In this document: positions 25,380 to 32,525 of the stretch, in pieces
Layout of the letters: each line of letters opens with the position of its first letter
How positions within the stretch are numbered: the first letter of the stretch is position 1
Position numbers and translations under genes: made by a program
The notes under the pieces: generated by a model
Databases searched by the model: none
What the model was told of the DNA's origin: nothing
Seen by the model: only the letters and a program-made list of their open reading frames with translations
Source of the DNA: Chromatiales bacterium
GTDB lineage: Bacteria > Pseudomonadota > Gammaproteobacteria > SZUA-140
Direction of reading: 5' to 3'
NCBI GenBank assembly: GCA_031285245.1
Contig: JAITWN010000165.1
Coordinates: 1 to 32,525 of the forward strand
Length of the DNA stretch: 32,525 nucleotides

Positions 25380-27128
25380 TCAGAAACTTCTCTGCATCGA
25401 CGCCACCAGATGATCGACCGCCGCGCCGATCTCGGCACGCGAGCCCAAACGCAGAATGCGCCTGACTTTCGGCGTAAGCAGCGCGATATCGCTATCGACG
25501 ATGGCGCGCTTGATTTCAAGCAACGAGCCCGGCGCAACGCTGAAATCACGCAAACCCATACCAAGGAGTAACCATGTGTAAAAAGGGTCGCCCGCCATCT
25601 CCCCACACATCGATACTGGAATGCCCGCCCGCCGCCCGGCGGCGATAGTCATGTGGATGAGTTTGAGCACCGCAGGATGCAGCGGATCGTAGAGGTAGTT
25701 GACCTCCTCATCCATACGATCGACAGCGAGCGCGTACTGAATGAGATCGTTGGTGCCAAGGGACAGAAAATCGATACAACGAGCAAAACTCGCCGCCGAT
25801 AGCGCCGCCGCCGGCACCTCAATCATCGCGCCCACATGAATGTCAGCATCGAAATCCACACCCGCGGCACAGAGCGCCGATTTCTCCGCTGACAGCAAGG
25901 CGAGCGCCTGATGCAGCTCGCTCTCGGCGCAAAGCATGGGAAACATGATGCGCACCGGGCCATAAGCCGAGGCACGCAAAATCGCGCGCAACTGCGTCGA
26001 AAACATGGTGGGATCTTGCAGACACCAGCGAATAGCGCGCAAACCCATGGCGGGGTTGCCACCATCAGCCGGTGGACGCATCCCAGCCAGCCATTTGTCC
26101 ATACCGAGATCGAGCGTGCGAATAGTGACCGGCGCCCCCTTCATCGCCTGCACGATACGCACATAGGTATCGAACTGCTCAGCCTCATTGGGTAGATCTC
26201 GCTGCCCCAGAAAAAGCATCTCGGTGCGAAAAAGCCCAATACCGGCGGCACCCGCCTCGCGCGCGGCGCGCGCGTCCTCGCGCATCTCGGCCATCGCCAT
26301 CAACACGATGGTTTGCCCATCACGCGAGATCACTGGCCGCCGCTTGAGCTTGCCGAGCAAGGCGCGGTAATGCCGCTCTTCTTGCTGGCAATGGCGGAAA
26401 TAATCCATTTCCAGCAGGCTCGGCGCGACCACCACCATGCCGTGACGCCCTTCGATAGCGACATCATCGTCATGATGGATATAGCAGCGCGCATGATGCA
26501 CACCGAGTACCGCCGGCACACCCAAACTGCGCGCAAGAATCGCAGTATGTGAATTAAGACCACCGCACTCGGTGACGAAAGCCGCAACACCATGCTTGTA
26601 CATCAGCATGATCTCAGCCGGCGCCAGATCGTCAGCAACCACCACCGCGCCGCGCGCGCGATGATCAAACATATCGCTCGGGAAGCCTTCATCTCCCTGC
26701 AGATTCTGCTGAATGCGATTGATGACGTGTTCGATGTCATCTTTGCGCGCACGCAGATAGGGATCATCCATCTCCTCGAACACCTGCATCAGCAGATCGC
26801 GTTGCAGCTTGAGCGCCCATTCGGCATTACATCGTCTGCTGCAAATGATTTCTACTGGACCTTCACGCAGCGTGTGATCGTCGAACATGACGATGTGGGT
26901 ATCGAGCAGCGCGGCTGCTTCGCTGGGGGCATCGGGGGAAATATCGTCGCGCACTGCGCGCAACTGGCGCTTCGCTTTTCGCAGTGCACTGCGAAAGCGC
27001 ACTACTTCATCTTCAATCAGTGATTCGGGGATGGAATATTCACGAATATCGAGCGTTCCACGACGCAGCACCGCCGCTTTCCCGATGGCGATTCCTTTCG
27101 ATATGCTGATGCCGCTCAGTGCCATCAT
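25380..27128 (-). CDS. ptsI: PTS enzyme I (PEP-protein phosphotransferase), no GAF domain
   Basis: SHTAILARS phospho-His, GLFRTE, SLGTNDLIQY, CGEMAGD. Confidence 0.95.
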   Translation of the reverse strand: MMALSGISISKGIAIGKAAVLRRGTLDIREYSIPESLIEDEVVRFRSALRKAKRQLRAVRDDISPDAPSEAAALLDTHIVMFDDHTLREGPVEIICSRRCNAEWALKLQRDLLMQVFEEMDDPYLRARKDDIEHVINRIQQNLQGDEGFPSDMFDHRARGAVVVADDLAPAEIMLMYKHGVAAFVTECGGLNSHTAILARSLGVPAVLGVHHARCYIHHDDDVAIEGRHGMVVVAPSLLEMDYFRHCQQEERHYRALLGKLKRRPVISRDGQTIVLMAMAEMREDARAAREAGAAGIGLFRTEMLFLGQRDLPNEAEQFDTYVRIVQAMKGAPVTIRTLDLGMDKWLAGMRPPADGGNPAMGLRAIRWCLQDPTMFSTQLRAILRASAYGPVRIMFPMLCAESELHQALALLSAEKSALCAAGVDFDADIHVGAMIEVPAAALSAASFARCIDFLSLGTNDLIQYALAVDRMDEEVNYLYDPLHPAVLKLIHMTIAAGRRAGIPVSMCGEMAGDPFYTWLLLGMGLRDFSVAPGSLLEIKRAIVDSDIALLTPKVRRILRLGSRAEIGAAVDHLVASMQRSF

Positions 27129-27190
27129 GACACGGGTCCGCTGCAGTGGGCGGCAGACCCGTGCTATTTCAAGCCACGGTTACCGCCCTT

Positions 27191-27466
27191 TTAGAATTCC
27201 TCGCCGAAACGGCGCTGGATGAGATCGATGATCGCCGTCACTGCGCGCTCCTCACCATCACCTTCGGCGATGATGTCGATCATCGTGCCCTGCCCCGCGG
27301 CTAGCATCATGACGCCCATGATGCTTTTGCCATTCACGCGTTTGCTGCCGCGCTGAATATGTACATCGCACTTGAACTGCGATGCGAGGGTCACCAAACG
27401 CGCTGCCGCCCGCGCATGCAGGCCGAGCCGGTTGATGATCTGCGCTTCGCGCTGTACCGCCATCAT
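27191..27466 (-). CDS. ptsH: HPr/NPr phosphocarrier
   Basis: GLHARAAA (His15 region) and KSIMGVMML (Ser46 region). Confidence 0.93.
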   Translation of the reverse strand: MMAVQREAQIINRLGLHARAAARLVTLASQFKCDVHIQRGSKRVNGKSIMGVMMLAAGQGTMIDIIAEGDGEERAVTAIIDLIQRRFGEEF

Positions 27467-27480
27467 TCCCCCTAAAAATA

Positions 27481-27894
27481 TCAGACTTCGCTGTTACCGC
27501 AACAACGAAAGATACCTTCGACACCGCCGCTCACCGCTTTTTCCGCGAGCTGCGCAAGCTCAAGCCCTGGATAATTGAGCAGGCGAACGAGCATAGGCAG
27601 ATTGAGTCCTGCAACGACTGCCACTTCGATGCCTTGACCACTGAGCGCCGCTGCGATATTGGACGGCGTCGAGCCGAACATATCAGTGAGCACGATCACG
27701 CCATCACCTTCATCGAGATCGCGCACGGCCTGGAGTGCTTGGCACAGCAGCGCTTCGGCATCGGCAGGATCGCAGGCGGAAATTACCGGGATCGCCGTCA
27801 CCGGCAACGGACAACGTCCCAGCATCGACACCGCAGCTGCGAGAATCGTGCTACCAATGTGATCGTGAGTAACCAAACAAAGTCCAACGCTCAT
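27481..27894 (-). CDS. PTS EIIA component, mannose/fructose type
   Basis: LVTH, LTDMFGSTPSN, GLNLPML. Confidence 0.92.
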   Translation of the reverse strand: MSVGLCLVTHDHIGSTILAAAVSMLGRCPLPVTAIPVISACDPADAEALLCQALQAVRDLDEGDGVIVLTDMFGSTPSNIAAALSGQGIEVAVVAGLNLPMLVRLLNYPGLELAQLAEKAVSGGVEGIFRCCGNSEV

Positions 27895-28751
27895 CGCAGC
27901 TCCCGATGACGCACCATGATATTGCCACGCATTCGGCGAAAATGGGCCGCCAGCGCTTCAGCCATATATACCGACCGATGCTGCCCACCCGTGCAGCCGA
28001 TCGCCACACACATATAATTGCGATCATCGGCTTCGCAGACCGCAATCCAGCGCTCGAGAAAAATTTTGATGTCCTCGAACATCGCTGTGACACTCGGCTG
28101 CTGCTCAAGAAAGCCGATGACCTGCGGATCTGTGCCGCGATACGCGCGTAGCTGCGGATCCCAATGCGGATTAGGCAGGCAGCGCATATCAAATACATAA
28201 TCGGCGTCTGAAGGGATGCCGTGTTTGTAACCGAAGGAAACGAAGAGCAAAGACAGCGTTGAATCGTGACGCTGCGCGATGCGCTCGCCAATCAGTACGC
28301 GCAACTGATGGACGTTGAAGGCGCTGGTGTCGATATGCAGATCAACGCTTGCAACGATCGCACCGAGCAGTTCGCGCTCTTCCGCGATCGCCTCGGTGAG
28401 AGAAACATTCGGCCTAGTCAGCGGGTGCTTGCGGCGCGTTTCGCTGAAACGCTTGATGAGCACATTGTCAGCGGCGGTGAGAAAGATCACCTCGCAATCA
28501 ACACCAAGCTCACGCACTTCGCGCACGATATCGCCGAAGCGACCAAGATCACGCACGAGATTACGCGCATCGATACCGACAGCAACATTATCGATACGAC
28601 GCGCGGCCTGCGGGTCCATGATCTGCGCGGCAAAACTCGTCAACAAACCAAGCGGCAGATTATCGATGCAATAGTAGTCGTGATCTTCCAACGATTGCAG
28701 CACGACGCTCTTGCCCGAACCGGACAAACCGCTGACGATCAACATCTTCAT
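27891..28751 (-). CDS. rapZ: RNase adapter RapZ
   Basis: SGLSGSGKS, IDNLP, SFGYKHG, GCTGGQHRSV. Confidence 0.97.
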   Translation of the reverse strand: MKMLIVSGLSGSGKSVVLQSLEDHDYYCIDNLPLGLLTSFAAQIMDPQAARRIDNVAVGIDARNLVRDLGRFGDIVREVRELGVDCEVIFLTAADNVLIKRFSETRRKHPLTRPNVSLTEAIAEERELLGAIVASVDLHIDTSAFNVHQLRVLIGERIAQRHDSTLSLLFVSFGYKHGIPSDADYVFDMRCLPNPHWDPQLRAYRGTDPQVIGFLEQQPSVTAMFEDIKIFLERWIAVCEADDRNYMCVAIGCTGGQHRSVYMAEALAAHFRRMRGNIMVRHRELR

Positions 28752-29725
28752 GACATACCATCCAGGATTACACGCTGCTGGCGCTCGATGAACACACGCG
28801 CAGCATCGTAGCCATTCATCAGTAACATTTGATTATTGATCGCGCTCTCCACCAACACCGCAAGATTACGGCCCGGAATCACAGGTATGATCAATTGCGT
28901 GACCGGCACCCCGAGCACCGCGCGCTCCTGCCTGCTGCCTTTGAGACGATCGAGAGCCCCCAACTCATCCCCGCTCATACGCTTGAGCTCGATAATCAAG
29001 CGCAGCACCTTATTCAGGTTGATCGCGGAATCTCCAAACATGGAGCGGATATCGAGCACGCCGAGGCCCCGCACTTCAAGAAAACCACTCAGCTCTGGCA
29101 CAGCGCAGCAACCACTAACGATATCCGGCGCGATGCGATGAAACTCCGGTGCATCATCTGCAATCAAGCGATGACCACGGCTGATCAGCTCGAGCGCTAC
29201 TTCACTCTTGCCAATGCCGCTCTCACCGGTGAGCAGCACGCCAATGCCATACACCGCCATGAAAACACCGTGCAGCGTCATACGCTCTGCCAGCACGTCG
29301 GCAAGATAGTACTGCAACTTACCTATGACTTCGTAGCCGGGAGCATCGCAGCGAAAAAGTGGCGTGGCAGTGGCATCACACATCGAGATCAACTCGGGAG
29401 GCGCCTGTTCACCATCAGACACCACGATGAATGCTGGCCTTGCCTCAAATAGGCGGGAAAAAAGCTCGGCACGCTCATCAGCGCCAAGCGCAAAAAGATG
29501 CGCGGTCTCTGCTCGGCCAACCACCTGCACACAATGCGGACTCACTACGTTCAAATAACCCACCCAACCGACCAGAGGAAACCCCAGCGCTCCCGGAGCC
29601 GCTCCAGCACACGAGGGGCTAGAAAGGATGACGCGCACCGCGCCAGCACTCCCCGCCACCCAGACCAACCCCAAGCCCTGCTGATGCTTCTCGAATAGGG
29701 CTGCGGGTGTGATGCTATTTTTCAT
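28748..29725 (-). CDS. hprK: HPr(Ser) kinase/phosphorylase
   Basis: LHGV, GESGIGKSE, LIADD, LEVRGLG, PGRNLAVLVE. Confidence 0.96.
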   Translation of the reverse strand: MKNSITPAALFEKHQQGLGLVWVAGSAGAVRVILSSPSCAGAAPGALGFPLVGWVGYLNVVSPHCVQVVGRAETAHLFALGADERAELFSRLFEARPAFIVVSDGEQAPPELISMCDATATPLFRCDAPGYEVIGKLQYYLADVLAERMTLHGVFMAVYGIGVLLTGESGIGKSEVALELISRGHRLIADDAPEFHRIAPDIVSGCCAVPELSGFLEVRGLGVLDIRSMFGDSAINLNKVLRLIIELKRMSGDELGALDRLKGSRQERAVLGVPVTQLIIPVIPGRNLAVLVESAINNQMLLMNGYDAARVFIERQQRVILDGMS

Positions 29726-29730
29726 ACGAA

Positions 29731-30243
29731 CTAGGCGGACGACCCCGTCGCCTTCTCTGCCTTTTCTAAGCTAGCTGCGTCGGCAGCAGGCCGCCATGAA
29801 ACCAGCAGATCGTAGATTTCTTTTCCAGTCCTTGCCTCGTGAATGCGTGCGCAGAAACGCGAATCGCTAAACATCTCAGCGAGCAGCGCGAGAATATTCA
29901 AATGCTCAGTGGTGGACTGCTGGGGAACGAGCAAACCGCAGATCATATTCACCGGCTTGCCGTCACTTGCTTCGTATGCAACGCCCTGGCCGATCTTGAG
30001 GAAAGCACATACCGCATGATCCAAGCCCTTCAAGCGACCATGAGGAATAGCGGCGCCATGACCAAGACCTGTACTGCCAAGACGTTCGCGCTCGATCAGA
30101 CTGGCAAACACTTCACTCGCGCTAAGGCCGATATCTTCTGAGACCATCAATTCGCTGATCAGCTCCAGCGCACGCTTCTTACTACTCACCGTCCCGCAAT
30201 AGCTGACTCTGCCCGGGCTCAATAGATCTGCGAGTTGATTCAT
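29731..30243 (-). CDS. ptsN: PTS EIIA-Ntr
   Basis: SSKKRALE, RERLGSTGLGHGAAIPHGR; start could be ATG 30243 or 30267. Confidence 0.93.
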   Translation of the reverse strand: MNQLADLLSPGRVSYCGTVSSKKRALELISELMVSEDIGLSASEVFASLIERERLGSTGLGHGAAIPHGRLKGLDHAVCAFLKIGQGVAYEASDGKPVNMICGLLVPQQSTTEHLNILALLAEMFSDSRFCARIHEARTGKEIYDLLVSWRPAADAASLEKAEKATGSSA

Positions 30244-30305
30244 ATCTTGCGATCTGTTCCGGTCCATCCCGTCCAGATCAAACCTCCGTGCGTACAAAGC
30301 CGCCT

Positions 30306-31913
30306 TCATACCAGGCGCTTGCGCTCGCTGGATGCGGGAATAGAAAGCGCCTCACGATACTTCGCAATCGTGCGGCGCGCAACGTTGATGCCCTGTTCCT
30401 TGTTGAGGATCTGCGCGATCTTGCTGTCACTGAGCGGCTTGCCGTGATCTTCTGCTGCCACCAGTTTCTTGATGAGCGCGCGAATCGCTGTCGCCGAGCA
30501 TTCTCCGCCCTCGTCGGTACTTACGTGGCTGGAGAAAAAATACTTGAGTTCGAAGATACCACGCGGGGTATGCATATATTTCTGCGTGGTCACGCGCGAA
30601 ATCGTCGACTCATGCATTTCAACTACGGTAGCCACGTCATGCAAGACCAGCGCTTTCATCGCCTCTTCACCGTGTTCCAGAAAACCACGCTGACGCTCAA
30701 CGATGCAGCTTGCAACCTTGAGCAGAGTTTCGTTTCGACTTTGCAGGCTCTTCACGAACCAGCGCGCCTCCTGCAACTGATTGCGCATATAAGCATTGTC
30801 ACTGCTGCTATCAGCGCGGCGTACGAGCCCGGCATAGCCAGCATTGATACGCACTCGCGGCACCGCATCAGGGTTGAGCTCCACGCGCCACGTATTTTTA
30901 TCTTTGGTGACGATGACATCAGGAACGACGTATTCCGCGCGTCCATCGGCAATCTGATGCCCAGGGTGCGGATTCACTGACTGAATCAGCATCAGCACTT
31001 CCTGCAACTCGGGCTGCGAACACTTCAGCCGTCGCATGAGCTGGTTGTACTCGCGATCGGCAAGCAATTGCAGATGTTCGCCAACCAGCTCCTTGGCCTT
31101 CTCCAGCCAAGGCGTATCAGGCGGCAGCAACTGCAACTGGATGAGAATGCATTCGCGCAGATCGCGCGCGCCGACGCCGATCGGATCAAAGTTCTGAATC
31201 TGGCGCAGCACCGCCTCGACCTCCTGCAAATCGAGATCGAGCAGTTCACGAGCCAAGCCCTCACGGATGTCTTCGAGCTGCACCGCGAGGTAACCGCGGT
31301 CATTGATGCTGTCGATGATCGCGTGGGCAATTTCGACATCGCGCGCGCTGAAATTCGTCATGTGCATCTGCCAGGTCAGATGGTCGCGCAGCGTTTCCGA
31401 TGCGCAGTCCTGGCTTTCAAACTCGCGCCCTTCGGCATCACCACCCTGGCTGTGATGCGACAACGCGCTGTCGTAAATGTCTTCCCATACGCTGTCAACG
31501 GGCAGATCATCGCTCAGCGTCCTGAGTTCAGGGCCATCGGTAATGTCGCTCTGCAAACCCGCTGACATTTCCGGTGATTCATCAAAACTGCCGGCGCTGC
31601 TATCGGAATGATCATCCGCCAGATGATTATTGAGCGCGCTGTCCGCATGGCTATCGCCATACATCGGCGCTTCGCCGAACTCCACCGCGGCGCTATCTTG
31701 CTGCGCCACTGCATCGCTATCGCGAGCTTCGCCAGAACTTTCCCCGCCACCCTCTTCGCCGTCAGACAACTCCAGCATCGGGTTGGAATCAAGCGCTTCC
31801 TGGATTTCTTCGCGCAAATCGAGCGCGGACAATTGCAGCAAGCGAATTGCCTGCTGCAACTGAGGAGTCATGGCCAGATGCTGGCCGATACGAATTTGCA
31901 GGGTTTGTTTCAT
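30306..31913 (-). CDS. rpoN: RNA polymerase sigma-54 factor
   Basis: [23 protein letters not shown] and RpoN box [10 protein letters not shown]. Confidence 0.98.
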   Translation of the reverse strand: MKQTLQIRIGQHLAMTPQLQQAIRLLQLSALDLREEIQEALDSNPMLELSDGEEGGGESSGEARDSDAVAQQDSAAVEFGEAPMYGDSHADSALNNHLADDHSDSSAGSFDESPEMSAGLQSDITDGPELRTLSDDLPVDSVWEDIYDSALSHHSQGGDAEGREFESQDCASETLRDHLTWQMHMTNFSARDVEIAHAIIDSINDRGYLAVQLEDIREGLARELLDLDLQEVEAVLRQIQNFDPIGVGARDLRECILIQLQLLPPDTPWLEKAKELVGEHLQLLADREYNQLMRRLKCSQPELQEVLMLIQSVNPHPGHQIADGRAEYVVPDVIVTKDKNTWRVELNPDAVPRVRINAGYAGLVRRADSSSDNAYMRNQLQEARWFVKSLQSRNETLLKVASCIVERQRGFLEHGEEAMKALVLHDVATVVEMHESTISRVTTQKYMHTPRGIFELKYFFSSHVSTDEGGECSATAIRALIKKLVAAEDHGKPLSDSKIAQILNKEQGINVARRTIAKYREALSIPASSERKRLV

Positions 31914-32035
31914 TGATCGCAGATCATCTGACGCCGCGCAGGGGCATCGCTCGGCTAATTCTAATGCAAAACATCCGGCATAGCTCTCCGATCACCACGC
32001 GCAATAGTCGCTCGCCACTTGCATGCACGCATGGC

Positions 32036-32524
32036 TCATAGCCGGAAATCCGCGCCCAAATAAACTTCTCTCACCTGCTCGTTAGCCAGCAGCTCCATGG
32101 GCGGACCTTGCGCAAGCAGAGTACCGCCACTCAGGATATAAGCGCGCTGACAAATGCCAAGTGTTTCGCGAACGTTGTGATCGGTGATCAGAACGCCGAT
32201 CCCCTTATCCCGCAGGTGGTTGATTATGCGCTGAATATCCAGAACGGACATGGGGTCGACGCCAGCGAAGGGCTCATCGAGCAGGACATAACGTGGTTGC
32301 ATAGCGAGCGTGCGTGCAATTTCAACGCGACGACGCTCACCGCCCGATAAACTCATACCGAGCGCATCACGCAGATGTTCAACGTGAAATTCCTCGAGCA
32401 ATTCGGCGATTCGCCGTTCCTGAGCAGCACGATCGAGATCACGGCGCGTCTGCAAAACCGCACGCAGATTGTCAGCAACCGATAGCCTGCGAAACACCGA
32501 AGCTTCTTGCGGCAGATAACCGAT
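32036..32524 (-). CDS. lptB: LPS export ABC ATPase LptB (5' truncated by window edge)
   Basis: [43 protein letters not shown]; directly upstream of rpoN. Confidence 0.97.
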   Translation of the reverse strand: MGYLPQEASVFRRLSVADNLRAVLQTRRDLDRAAQERRIAELLEEFHVEHLRDALGMSLSGGERRRVEIARTLAMQPRYVLLDEPFAGVDPMSVLDIQRIINHLRDKGIGVLITDHNVRETLGICQRAYILSGGTLLAQGPPMELLANEQVREVYLGADFRL

Positions 32525-32525
32525 A

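Noticed and set aside
1-32525. Mobile element, prophage, CRISPR array or tRNA-anchored island explaining the cluster
   Set aside because: No integrase, transposase, repeat-spacer array, tRNA or flanking direct repeats were recognised.

Overview
Bacterial chromosome segment, most likely from a Gammaproteobacterium (inferred from gene content). The right part (~19.9-32.5 kb, minus strand) is housekeeping: lptB(partial)-rpoN-ptsN-hprK-rapZ-EIIA(Man-type)-HPr-ptsI, a GldA/F/G-like ABC system with DUF4340, mutM and psiE. The left part (~0.76-18.3 kb) is a large respiratory supercluster built around a divergent C-family (cbb3-type) heme-copper oxidase. It contains CcoN, an enlarged CcoO, no canonical diheme CcoP but two heme-less paralogs with a CcoP-N-like anchor, CcoS-, CcoG- and FixH/YtkA-like genes, a diheme cytochrome c4 and three monoheme cytochromes. 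It also has two stand-alone single-repeat (~4-TM) homologs of the oxidase catalytic subunit, a thioredoxin-like lipoprotein, a Cys-less FGE-family protein, a membrane-fused spermidine-synthase-like protein and several small membrane proteins. Four single-TM microproteins (29-43 aa) with good ribosome-binding sites are hidden below the ORF-track cutoff. I also see two FNR-like boxes, a near-consensus sigma70 promoter and three intrinsic terminators. No RNA genes, CRISPR arrays or mobile elements were recognised. All family assignments come from motif recognition by eye, not from database searches.
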